Shown piece by piece: positions 49,799-58,558 of a DNA stretch of 64,000 nucleotides (position 1 is its first letter; each line of letters begins with the position of its first letter). The stretch covers positions 21,755 to 85,754 of the forward strand of contig JAHJGZ010000132.1 of NCBI GenBank assembly GCA_018823795.1, written 5' to 3'. Source of the stretch: Candidatus Omnitrophota bacterium (lineage in GTDB: Bacteria > Omnitrophota > Omnitrophia > JAHJGZ01). A program made the translations under genes and the position numbers. A model generated the notes under the pieces. That model was not told the DNA's origin and did no database searches. It saw only the letters and a program-made list of their open reading frames with translations.

Positions 49799-50887
49799 TT
49801 AGGCAAATGGCCGGGCACGATGAGCATCTAATAACTGCTGATTAAGAAACACTCCCTCTCGTGCAACGATTGCCGGTTCCTTTTCTCCCGCTGCATAAAA
49901 AAGATCGGCAACGTAACGGTCGTATTTATCCGAGCCGTAGGTTTTTATAATGACGAACGGGCACGGCTTGAGACAGCGCTCAACAAACGTGCGTGCCTCC
50001 TGCCCCTTCTGTGATGCCAGCTCCGGTGTGTCGATTGCTTTCAGCCGTATCTTTTCCCGAATCCAGGTGCCAAACCCGCAGTCAATGTACAGCCACATTG
50101 TATCACCGTCGATCACTCTGTCAAGAAACGCAACGTAGGTGTAGAGATCCTTTTTTTCTGCCGCAACCTTTTCTAACCGATATCCGTCCCCAGTTTTAAT
50201 CGAGTGCACACAGTCTCCGTCTCTAAAATTCTCACTCGCCGCAAGCGGCACGTCACGCAATACTGAAAATCCACTGTCAACCAAGGTTTTTTTTTCGAGC
50301 GGCGAAACGTCGGCAATTGTTTTAATGCGGTAGGTATACAACTGGCCGCGGCTTACGCGCAACGTAGTTTCACGAAATAGCTGCTGCGCTTTCGTCTGCA
50401 ATCTGCTTCTTTTAATAAGGTCTTTTAGTTGGCGAGAGCCCAGCCCCCCTCGAATCACCTGCCGTTCGAGCTCTTCTCGCTTCCCTTTTTCTTTTATACC
50501 GGAGAGGAGTTGATAATGGGTCCAGTCCAATTGCGCAGGCGCCTGCGCAATTCGGTACGTAAGATAAAAACGTCTCATATATTGTATGTTACGGACAGAA
50601 AAACCGTTACCGTATTTAGCGGTTAAATCCTCTGACAGACGTTCAATAAGATAGGCGCCGTATTTTGCTTTTATCTGCTGATCTTGTTCCACCTCAATAA
50701 TACGTTTGCCGATCTCCCAATATGACCGCACAAAATGCTTTTGTGCTTTTTCATAAATTTCAGAAATATCAGAAATAAGTTCCCGGTACGTGCTCAGCGT
50801 AATTGCTTTAGTAAGAGGTACTTGAGGCATAGTGTAGTGTACCACACCAAGGATTGATGTGCAAGCAATAACGCAGTCTGACTGCAA
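49799..50887 (-). CDS. DUF1016 N-terminal domain fused to a staphylococcal-nuclease-like (SNase) domain
   Basis: The N-terminus reads YWEIGKRIIEVEQ..YGAYLIERLSEDL..GFSVRNIQYMRRFY. The C-terminus reads DGDTMWLYID...IRLKAIDTPE...DKYDRYVADL. Confidence 0.7.
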   Translation of the reverse strand: MQSDCVIACTSILGVVHYTMPQVPLTKAITLSTYRELISDISEIYEKAQKHFVRSYWEIGKRIIEVEQDQQIKAKYGAYLIERLSEDLTAKYGNGFSVRNIQYMRRFYLTYRIAQAPAQLDWTHYQLLSGIKEKGKREELERQVIRGGLGSRQLKDLIKRSRLQTKAQQLFRETTLRVSRGQLYTYRIKTIADVSPLEKKTLVDSGFSVLRDVPLAASENFRDGDCVHSIKTGDGYRLEKVAAEKKDLYTYVAFLDRVIDGDTMWLYIDCGFGTWIREKIRLKAIDTPELASQKGQEARTFVERCLKPCPFVIIKTYGSDKYDRYVADLFYAAGEKEPAIVAREGVFLNQQLLDAHRARPFA

Positions 50888-50896
50888 TATAAAAAA

Positions 50897-50915
50897 CTAC
50901 GTAGTCGCTACGTAG
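50897..50915. promoter_or_regulatory. twin palindromic 8-mers CTACGTAG-tcg-CTACGTAG upstream of the nuclease gene
   Basis: Two copies of the self-complementary octamer, at 50897-904 and 50908-915, 10 nt beyond the ORF start. Confidence 0.4.
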
Positions 50916-50944
50916 TGAGATGGGAATAAATATTCTACCACGGC

Positions 50945-50991
50945 AAAAGAAAAGGGGCATTCCTATTATAGAAATGCCCCTTTTCTTTTTT
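50945..50991. terminator. bidirectional Rho-independent terminator
   Basis: GGGGCATT (50954-61) / AATGCCCC (50973-80) stem with T-rich runs on both strands, downstream of 51006..51689. Confidence 0.7.
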
Positions 50992-51005
50992 GCACTATAC
51001 CCGTA

Positions 51006-51689
51006 TTATTTAACCGGCTCAATCTCTTCAGTAAGAGCGGTCCATGGCCAATCACCGTTGAAAGGATACCCAGGATTATCAGGGTGGTTCGGCACAAGAC
51101 AGGTAAAAATTTCACCGAATCCGTATAAGGATCGGCTAAACCAAAACCATACCCCTTTACCAAGGCCTTTTACTGCATTGCCATCTGAAACACCACGCAT
51201 GGTCTGCCCCGGAAGTTCAGCAATACCCGTAAAACCGTTTGCAATACCATGAGCGAGTTTACGTCCAATCGGTGCGACCCCTTCTTTCAGACTTGGTTTA
51301 AAAAGACTATACTGTTCCCCTTCTTGCCACGAATACTGTCCGTCAAACGGCACGCCGATCCCTTCATTATCTTCAGGATTAGCAGCCCAAAAACCAAAGA
51401 GTTCCATGCCACCGCCAGCAATGCGGCCGGCAGTATGACCAAAGCCGCGGAAAATTCCGAGAATCGTTCCGACAGTTTTTGATCCGGCTGTATTTTCAAT
51501 CGGACCAAATCCACCTTTGTACCCTTTGATAATCTGCATCGGCAATTCGACAATACCGGTCACCATATCGACAGCACCGCGTATCGCCTTCTTCCCCATC
51601 CCTTCCGGGATGTTTTCAGTCGCTGCATATGCAACAGACGTGCAGCATACCATCGCAACGACTACAAAAAACACCATTGCTTTTTTCAT
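51006..51689 (-). CDS. secreted protein with two TIGR04073-like (exosortase-system-associated) repeats
   Basis: Signal peptide. KKAIRGAVDMVTGIVELPMQI and RKLAHGIANGFTGIAELPGQT each precede a G..E.F....P...P tail. The family assignment is from memory. Confidence 0.55.
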   Translation of the reverse strand: MKKAMVFFVVVAMVCCTSVAYAATENIPEGMGKKAIRGAVDMVTGIVELPMQIIKGYKGGFGPIENTAGSKTVGTILGIFRGFGHTAGRIAGGGMELFGFWAANPEDNEGIGVPFDGQYSWQEGEQYSLFKPSLKEGVAPIGRKLAHGIANGFTGIAELPGQTMRGVSDGNAVKGLGKGVWFWFSRSLYGFGEIFTCLVPNHPDNPGYPFNGDWPWTALTEEIEPVK

Positions 51690-51800
51690 CTGACTCCTCC
51701 TTTAAATGAGGCCATGATTTATGGAGTCAACATGACGACATAAATCATCTGGCCGAATTAATCCCTGCCGCTTTGCTTCGCTCGGCGAAGAAGGCGGGGA
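51690..51800 (-). repeat. intergenic module copy 4 (P1, ATTAATTC linker, P2, SD)
   Basis: P2 spans 51714-51748 and is closed by ggcc/ggcc. The linker is gaattaat (51755-62) and P1 spans 51763-51799. Confidence 0.8.
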
Positions 51801-51832
51801 CAATGAAACGATTACAATCCCGTCCTTCTTTA

Positions 51833-52021
51833 CTATTCCTTTTTCTTACAACACGGGCATACTGACAATGCAATTGCCAGGAGAAGAACACTATTGGCAA
51901 GGGCCAAAATACCTCCCGGAAATACTACATAGCCAGCAATGGCAAGCGGAATTCCGCTCACCCGTAATACGAGTGCCAGAGCGATACACACCGCACCAAT
52001 AATAATAATTATTTTTTGCAT
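51833..52021 (-). CDS. small two-TM membrane protein ending CPCCKKKE
   Basis: 62-aa hydrophobic ORF. A GGAGGC SD is supplied by the upstream module. Confidence 0.5.
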   Translation of the reverse strand: MQKIIIIIGAVCIALALVLRVSGIPLAIAGYVVFPGGILALANSVLLLAIALSVCPCCKKKE

Positions 52022-52150
52022 GTTAGCCTCCGTTTTATGAGGCCATGACTTACGGAATCTGAAAGACGACGTAAGTCATCTGGCCGAATTAATCCCTGCC
52101 GCTTTGCTTCGCCGGACTGCCGTTAGGCAGACGAGCGAAACAGGCAGGGG
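52022..52150 (-). repeat. intergenic module copy 5 (branched P1, ATTAATTC linker, P2, SD)
   Basis: P2 spans 52045-52079 (atgacttacg...cgtaagtcat) and the linker spans 52086-93. P1 spans 52094-52150 and contains a nested ctgcc/ggcag hairpin. Confidence 0.8.
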
Positions 52151-52203
52151 CAATGATGCATATAGAGAATTTACTGACCCACTAAATCAGAATTATTACT
52201 TCC

Positions 52204-52325
52204 CCCGTCTCGAAAAACTGTCGCAAAATTATTAAAAGGAATTTTGCGACTCTCGACGGGATAAATTCCTGCCTACCGGCAGGCAGGCAGCCAACAAACT
52301 TACGTTATTTCATTCCGTAAGTTTG
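52204..52325 (-). repeat. cluster of three further hairpins in the same intergenic region
   Basis: A long hairpin at 52204-52260 (cccgtc../..gacggg and gtcgcaaaat/attttgcgac), a GC palindrome at 52268-87, and a P2-like hairpin at 52295-52325. Confidence 0.7.
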
Positions 52326-52329
52326 GGCT

Positions 52330-52464
52330 TCATTTAACTTTACCCGATGCTGGATTATAGCCTGTGGCCTTTTGTACCTGCCCGGGTGCACACCATTTCT
52401 TCATCGGACACTGACAACCACTCAGTAGAATTCCGAGTAATAGTAATGCAACGAGTTTGCGCAT
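52330..52464 (-). CDS. small lipoprotein (44 aa)
   Basis: MRKLVALLLLGILLSGC lipobox, with a GAGAGGAGAA SD before the ATG at 52464. The longer ORF-track version (to 52653) overlaps the upstream gene. Confidence 0.55.
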   Translation of the reverse strand: MRKLVALLLLGILLSGCQCPMKKWCAPGQVQKATGYNPASGKVK

Positions 52465-52478
52465 ATTTATTCTCCTCT

Positions 52479-52856
52479 CTATGTTTTTGACAAACGAAGT
52501 GAGATATCGGTCTCTTGCAGTTCCCATGCACCGGCGGCAAGAAGGCCGACATACGGAATTAAAAAGAAATGCCCACCAATCGTATCTAAAATCCCGGCTT
52601 TGCTCATTTTCCTTCGAACCGTTTGTACGGCCGGACGATATCCTTCCCTCCATGCCATGACTGAAATAGCCCTGTTCGACGCAACCGATTTCGATACCGT
52701 ACCCTGTCCAACAATGATACCCTCGATATAGATGTCAGCATCTTTTTCAGACGCGGTTACGGTGATCATTTGCGTGGGTTCGACAAACAAGGAACACCCT
52801 GAACTGGTCAATAATAATGCAATAATGAGGGAGTATGAAATGAGTTTTTGTAGCAT
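52479..52856 (-). CDS. lipoprotein (PEGA-like beta segment)
   Basis: LLLTSSGC lipobox, with ITVTASEKDADIYIEGIIVGQG. Confidence 0.45.
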   Translation of the reverse strand: MLQKLISYSLIIALLLTSSGCSLFVEPTQMITVTASEKDADIYIEGIIVGQGTVSKSVASNRAISVMAWREGYRPAVQTVRRKMSKAGILDTIGGHFFLIPYVGLLAAGAWELQETDISLRLSKT

Positions 52857-53049
52857 ATGAGGACGTGATTATAGCATAGGACGGATAGCGAAGAAAGACA
52901 ATTGTCTCCCCAGAATTAATCGTCTGCACTATATCCCGATTAGACAATACTTGGTGTGCTGTCTAACGGGATATATTCCGACTTATTACTTATGAAGTCT
53001 GCTTACAGATTTCATAAGTGATGTCGTCATGTAAAGAAAAAAGACTTTC

Positions 53050-53070
53050 GCCTACTGCCGGCAGGCAGGC
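53050..53070. repeat. GC-rich palindrome 3 nt after the MCP stop
   Basis: gcctactgccggcaggcaggc contains the perfect palindrome ctgccggcag. Confidence 0.65.
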
Positions 53071-53073
53071 TCG

Positions 53074-55581
53074 CTAAGTTGCGTCTTCATTTATTTTAAA
53101 CTGGCCGACAAGTTTTTTAAGTTGCTCGGCCTGTGCGGCCATTTGTTCTGCGGATGATGCCATCTCTTCAGCTGCCGTCGCATTTGATTCAGTGATAGAG
53201 GTATTCTCCTCCATCCCTGAAGCCTCTTGTTGTATGGCATCAGAAATGAGTAAGAGCTTTTCTGCAACGCTACTCATATCGCCAACAATACCTTTAAGAT
53301 GAACCCCTGCATCTCGTGAAAGTTCTGCACCGCGACTCACTTCTTTGGTACTACTTTTAATGATCCCTGAAATCTCTTTTGCTGATGTTGCACTACGTTC
53401 AGCAAGTTTCCTCACTTCATCGGCAACAACGGCAAATCCTTTTCCGTGTTCACCGGCGCGTGCCGCTTCGATCGCTGCATTGAGCGCTAAGAGGTTTGTT
53501 TGATCAGCAATATCAGTAATAATCGCAACGGCTTCACCTATCCGTCCCGAACTTTTTTCAATTGCCTTCATGGCCTCGATGGTATTATCCATACCCGCCC
53601 CAACGCCTTCCGCATTTTTTGACGTCGCTTGTGCAATTTCATTTGCCGTCGATGCATTAGCGGCGTTTTGTTGCACCGAGCTCGACAACTCCTCAAAACT
53701 TGCCGATTGCTGTTGCGCCCCATCGGAAATCTTTTGTGTCGATTCTGATATCTCATGAGCGCCACCCGCCAGTTGATTTGAAGCAGCTTTAACCTGGCCG
53801 ATAATGGACTCGAGTTTTTTAATGAAGGTGTTGAACCATTTTGCGAGGTCTCCTATTTCATCTTTACTCGTAACTTCAAGGCGTCTGGTAAGATCCCCTT
53901 CGCCTTGTGCGATATCCTTCAACATAGCAACGGTCTTATTAATGGGGCCGACGATGATTCGTATACACGTGAACGATAAAAAGGATGATATGATAAAAGC
54001 ACCGATGACACAAATGATGATGATAATCCGACTCCCGACAATCACTGCTTGCGCCTGCAACACAATAGCATCACTTTCCTGTTTGATATCTTCCAAAACT
54101 TTATCGATAACCGATACCATTTGTTTTGATAATACTTTCGCCTCCGTAACAACCGCACTACTTCGCTGACGCGCAATAATATACTCGGCACTGATCGAAG
54201 CAGCGCCGCCGCTTCCGACGACCACCTCCTCTAAGGTGACGATATCATCTTTAACTTTCTGAACAATCGGCGCACTTCCTGTATCAATAGTCCGTTCTAA
54301 TGTCTCGACATCCTCCTTCACATCGATCATCATTTCCACAAATTGTCCTTTTATAAAATTAAGTTGATCCACATTGGGCGTTCGAATCATCTGTCCCACA
54401 AATGCCGAGAGGATCGCAATCTTATTTTTCAGTCCTAAGGTAACCTTAACGGTAGGAAATACTTCAGCAATAAATTTTTTTGTCGCATCACTAATATTTT
54501 CAAGCTTCACATTAATATCGCCGCCAACCATTAAAATTTCAAACTCATTGTTGTCGAGCACTTCACTAATCACTTGCAGAATGGTATCCAATTGCTCAAT
54601 AAGTTGGCGATATACTATTTGTATACCCTTGTCATTAAAACGTCCTCTCTGGATATTTCTCTTGTGCTCAGCGGCAATTGAATCTCGCTCACCGATCGCT
54701 AACGTGCGAGCGTCTCGAACCATTGCTACCATGTTAACGATCTTCGCCTTTAAACCTTTCTCGGCTACCGCTGCCTGAAGCTGCCGGCACTCTTCCGCAA
54801 CAGCAGTAAAATGAGATTCCGTCCGATCAAGAATGGGAACAATCTTCGCAGGATCTGTTTCATTTAAGAAAGAAAGAATTTCTGCTTGGATTGATTTTAA
54901 ATACGCATTGATAAAAAGTGCGCTTTTTTCAGACGGAAATAACATATCGGTAAAATTGCGGACCGCCGTATCAACTTCTGTTACCACGGTATAGATCTCT
55001 CCTTCTGCGAGCATGGCAATGAAATCATTATTATCGATAATAACGGCGATATTATTTTCGATATTTTCAACGATCTTTTTCCGTTGTGCGTATAAGGTTG
55101 GTATGTTATTACTGAGCGTAATAAGCGTACTCATCTGTTCGTACACTTCTTTTTTCTTCGTTGCAAAGTCACCAAACACATCCTCTACTTCCTTTAAATA
55201 TTCTTGTGCTATCTTACTGACATCGGTTTTTTTCAACGATTCAAGTTCTTCCGTAAATTGCATGATTTCTTTTGTCAATACGGTGTTTGCCCCCTCAAGT
55301 TCTGCCATCGTTTTACTCGCACTTAACATATCAACTTCCGCAACAATACTCCCTAAAAGGAGTGATAAATCTTTTGCCTGAACACTAATATTGAGTGCTC
55401 TGTCGGCCATAACATTAAAACTTCTGCCCACCTTTTGATAGCCAAAAAAAGACACGACACCTAAGATGACCGTTAAAGAGGCGACAAGTAGAAAGCTTAC
55501 GCCCAGTTTTCTTCCAATGGTCATTCCATGGAACTGTTTGTCGAGCGTTTCCGCCCCCTTTAATGCGATCTTATTCTTCAT
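53074..55581 (-). CDS. methyl-accepting chemotaxis protein
   Basis: 835 aa with a large ligand-binding region, a HAMP segment and the signalling hairpin [34 protein letters not shown]. Confidence 0.92.
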   Translation of the reverse strand: MKNKIALKGAETLDKQFHGMTIGRKLGVSFLLVASLTVILGVVSFFGYQKVGRSFNVMADRALNISVQAKDLSLLLGSIVAEVDMLSASKTMAELEGANTVLTKEIMQFTEELESLKKTDVSKIAQEYLKEVEDVFGDFATKKKEVYEQMSTLITLSNNIPTLYAQRKKIVENIENNIAVIIDNNDFIAMLAEGEIYTVVTEVDTAVRNFTDMLFPSEKSALFINAYLKSIQAEILSFLNETDPAKIVPILDRTESHFTAVAEECRQLQAAVAEKGLKAKIVNMVAMVRDARTLAIGERDSIAAEHKRNIQRGRFNDKGIQIVYRQLIEQLDTILQVISEVLDNNEFEILMVGGDINVKLENISDATKKFIAEVFPTVKVTLGLKNKIAILSAFVGQMIRTPNVDQLNFIKGQFVEMMIDVKEDVETLERTIDTGSAPIVQKVKDDIVTLEEVVVGSGGAASISAEYIIARQRSSAVVTEAKVLSKQMVSVIDKVLEDIKQESDAIVLQAQAVIVGSRIIIIICVIGAFIISSFLSFTCIRIIVGPINKTVAMLKDIAQGEGDLTRRLEVTSKDEIGDLAKWFNTFIKKLESIIGQVKAASNQLAGGAHEISESTQKISDGAQQQSASFEELSSSVQQNAANASTANEIAQATSKNAEGVGAGMDNTIEAMKAIEKSSGRIGEAVAIITDIADQTNLLALNAAIEAARAGEHGKGFAVVADEVRKLAERSATSAKEISGIIKSSTKEVSRGAELSRDAGVHLKGIVGDMSSVAEKLLLISDAIQQEASGMEENTSITESNATAAEEMASSAEQMAAQAEQLKKLVGQFKINEDAT

Positions 55582-55681
55582 AGAAATTCTCTCATATAAT
55601 TACCCTACCATTATAACTACTATTACGCGGAGAATACTGAACCGTTATTATTCAGTATTCTCCGCATGTCCGCGTGAGCCA

Positions 55682-56815
55682 TTATTGTAACTTCTCAACC
55701 GGAATAGGTTTTCCACCGATAACCTTGGTTAAAAACACTTCATCAATTCCCTGGTGATCACCAGGACCATAGCTTACGATAACCCCTCCTGCATCATATC
55801 GAGATAAATCCTCCATCGCACCGATAAAAGCGGCTCTCGTCACGTTTGCACCTGCATTGTCTAATCCCTTGACGAGCACTTTTGCATCAACAAATCCTTC
55901 GAGCTCACCATACATCGGTTGACGACCAAGAAGATCGGTGCATTCCCGCACAACCGGAATACTGGTGTCCGCCGGCGAAGGCATAACCTGTGAGATATAG
56001 GTTCCTTCTCCCGCCGCCCCCATTTCTTCAATTAAATTAGCAGTTCCCACAAATGAAATGTTAGCAAATTTTGCATTAATACCTATTTGTTTTGCGAGCT
56101 TAATAAAAGCGGCACATGGTTTATACGCACCAACCATAATGATTGCGTCAGGATCTATCTTTTTCATTGTCGCAACAGCCCCTTTTACGGCAACTGTATT
56201 TCTTTCATAGGTGGCAGACCCTGCCAATGTTAATCCTTCCGCCTCAAGTCCTTTTTCCACACCAGAAAGACCGGCTTTTCCATACGCATCATTTTGATAC
56301 AAACAGGCGATCTTGGTAAATCCCATATCTCGATGAAAACTTTTCACTAATTTACCCGTTTCCTGATCGTAGGTTCCTCGAATATTGAAAACTTTTCGTT
56401 GTGGATCGCGCAAAAATCCAGCACCGGTAAAGGGACCAACGAACGGAATGCCCACCTCATCAATGATAGGAATCGCAGCTGATGCCGTTGGTGTCCCCAC
56501 GTAGCCAAAGAGCAGAAATACCTTATCGTCATCGATCAACTTTCGGGTATTGTCGATACATGTGTCCGGCTCATATCCGTCATTGTATGATATGAGTTTA
56601 ATCTTCCGTCCATTAACGCCGCCTTCACGGTTCACCTGGTTAATGTATGCCTCTGCTCCTGCTTTAAGTTCCAATCCTAATCCAGCAGCAGGCCCTTCCA
56701 ACGCACACGACTGCCCAATAAGAATCTCCGCATCGGTTACACCGACTTCGGCATAACTAATAGCGGCAATGCACATACACACGAGACAAAACAAACCTAT
56801 CTTTATTCTTGTCAT
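55682..56815 (-). CDS. ABC transporter substrate-binding protein (branched-chain amino acid / LivK-like)
   Basis: Signal peptide and a type I periplasmic-binding fold. I preferred the ATG at 56815, which follows a GGAGGT SD, over the GTG at 56821. Confidence 0.8.
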   Translation of the reverse strand: MTRIKIGLFCLVCMCIAAISYAEVGVTDAEILIGQSCALEGPAAGLGLELKAGAEAYINQVNREGGVNGRKIKLISYNDGYEPDTCIDNTRKLIDDDKVFLLFGYVGTPTASAAIPIIDEVGIPFVGPFTGAGFLRDPQRKVFNIRGTYDQETGKLVKSFHRDMGFTKIACLYQNDAYGKAGLSGVEKGLEAEGLTLAGSATYERNTVAVKGAVATMKKIDPDAIIMVGAYKPCAAFIKLAKQIGINAKFANISFVGTANLIEEMGAAGEGTYISQVMPSPADTSIPVVRECTDLLGRQPMYGELEGFVDAKVLVKGLDNAGANVTRAAFIGAMEDLSRYDAGGVIVSYGPGDHQGIDEVFLTKVIGGKPIPVEKLQ

Positions 56816-57421
56816 TCGCACACCTCCTTTGTTATACGTTATTACTTTTTCATCACTCTTTATTAAGACGTTAAAGAAGCGTACAGCGCTTCAAAAATAT
56901 CAGGCGCTTTTTTAAATATGACTCTGGTAACATTGGTATGCCCTATGCAGTATGAGGAGATAGATTAAAACGTGTGTGGTAAAGAATCCGTTCTCCTAAA
57001 ACTCCTTCAGTACAACTATTACAATACTTTTTTTCAATTAGCGCGAACGGCAATCTGGTTGGTGCCCTACATCAGAGGTGCTGTAGGATACCTAATACCC
57101 ACGACCGCATTGTAAAGGCATACGTTCCGCTCTTTCCCTCCGTGCCACTCTTTCTTAGAAAATTTTTGTTACAACGTGTATCTTTTGTATATCATCTGCA
57201 TTAATACTTTACATATTATCTACAATAGTTGAGTTAATCTTTATTATTACAACTTGTGACTATTATTGCAATAATAAATGTTTGCAGTATGATGATTATT
57301 ATTATAGCACCATCAAGTAATTGTTCAACTTAAATAATAATAAGAGGCAAGGGGAAGGCATTTATTCAGGGAAAACGGGACATGCCTATTTCAATTATTA
57401 ATTTTAAATGCCCTTTTTGTC

Positions 57422-57886
57422 TTAACATTTCGTCAAGCATAACAGCTGTAGGCGGGTTTGTTCAAGTCGTTGCGCAAAAATTTTTGTGAGTCGCATCATG
57501 AGTTCAAATCCCAGTTCATGATTCTCCATGCATTTATTCCGCAAGCAGGTACCATCCAACGCAATGGCACGCGTGTCTTTGACCGCACGGCAATTAAACC
57601 GCGCACGGTGTGGTGGAATAAGCCACGACCAGCCGAGAATCTCACCTTCCTTAATGGTCTGGATACTAATTGCGTCATACTGACCGGTCAGAACTTCAAT
57701 CGCCACTAATCCTTCACGGATAAGATAAAATTTTTCCGCAGGTTCACCTTCTTTAAAAATAACTTCATCCGGCCTAAAGCGCACATTCGAAGCACACCCC
57801 ACGATAAAATCAAAGTATTCCTGTTTTAAATCTTTAAAAAAAGGATGCTTTTTTAAGATAGGCTCAAGTGTTTTATTTCCTTCCAT
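57422..57886 (-). CDS. stand-alone cyclic-nucleotide-binding domain protein (no HTH)
   Basis: 154 aa with a CAP_ED-type beta roll (FKEGEPAEKFYLIREG...GEILGWSW). Confidence 0.8.
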   Translation of the reverse strand: MEGNKTLEPILKKHPFFKDLKQEYFDFIVGCASNVRFRPDEVIFKEGEPAEKFYLIREGLVAIEVLTGQYDAISIQTIKEGEILGWSWLIPPHRARFNCRAVKDTRAIALDGTCLRNKCMENHELGFELMMRLTKIFAQRLEQTRLQLLCLTKC

Positions 57887-58003
57887 GGTAACCTCATTTT
57901 AATGAGCGCATAATTTATGGAGTGCCTGCCTACCGACAGGCAGGCGTAGCACGACATAAATTATTTGCGCGAATTAATCCCTTAAGGCGAAGCCTTATAG
58001 GGA
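57887..58003 (-). repeat. intergenic module copy 6 (P2 carries a nested GC palindrome)
   Basis: P2 spans 57910-57964 and carries gcctgcctaccgacaggcaggc (57924-45) in its loop. The linker is gaattaat (57971-78) and P1 spans 57979-58003. Confidence 0.8.
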
Positions 58004-58289
58004 TACATGACGCGAGCATTACTAATTACACTGTCATCAATGAACACTGCCCAACGTACTTCAGAATCTCCCGGAGCAATAAAAAAAAGAATGTTATCAA
58101 TATTCGACATATCGATTGAATCGATAACAGAATATAACGTAGTTTTTCGATGTAAACTTTACGATTTTTTTCTTTCGAGGGTGTAAAGATTGTAGCAAAA
58201 ATGGAAGATTTTTTAAAGAAGCATAATGGGGCTATACGACGGTAACTGTGAGATATAAGCACTGCACTAATTGTTGATGGCGAGGATGG

Positions 58290-58514
58290 TTAGATAATCA
58301 TTTCCAGGTTTCTTTTAATGGCATCTGCCTTATCAGGCGCAACACGATTATAATGTACGATAAGACTCTCTATGATCGCAGGCAATTTAGCCTGATCAAT
58401 GAGCTGGGAATTTACTCCTCGTGCCGCGCACACTTGATAAACAGTAGTGCACACATCTGTTGGAACAAGGGGCGCTATTGCCCGTATTAATTGCTGGTAA
58501 TATCCGCTCTCTAT
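58290..58514 (-). pseudogene. third copy of the 75-aa partner protein, lacking an in-frame ATG
   Basis: My translation, (I)ESGYYQQLIRAIAPLVPTDVCTTVYQVCAARGVNSQLIDQAKLPAIIESLIVHYNRVAPDKADAIKRNLEMII*, is paralogous to 59701..59928 and 59972..60202. The nearby ATG is 1 nt out of frame. Confidence 0.6.
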
Positions 58515-58558
58515 CCATATGAAACTCCGGCCATATGTTTTGATGAAAAACGGTACCC

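Noticed and set aside
51690-51760. The P2-to-tail segment acting as a promoter (TTGACT in the loop and CATTTAAA as a -10)
   Set aside because: The -10 candidates are weak and inconsistent between copies. A start there would leave the downstream SD too close to the 5' end. The loop sequence is not conserved.
57169-57275. CRP/FNR-type operator (TGTGACtattatTGCAAT) near the cNMP-binding protein gene
   Set aside because: The second half-site is a poor match to TGTGA-N6-TCACA, and the adjacent cNMP-binding protein has no DNA-binding domain.
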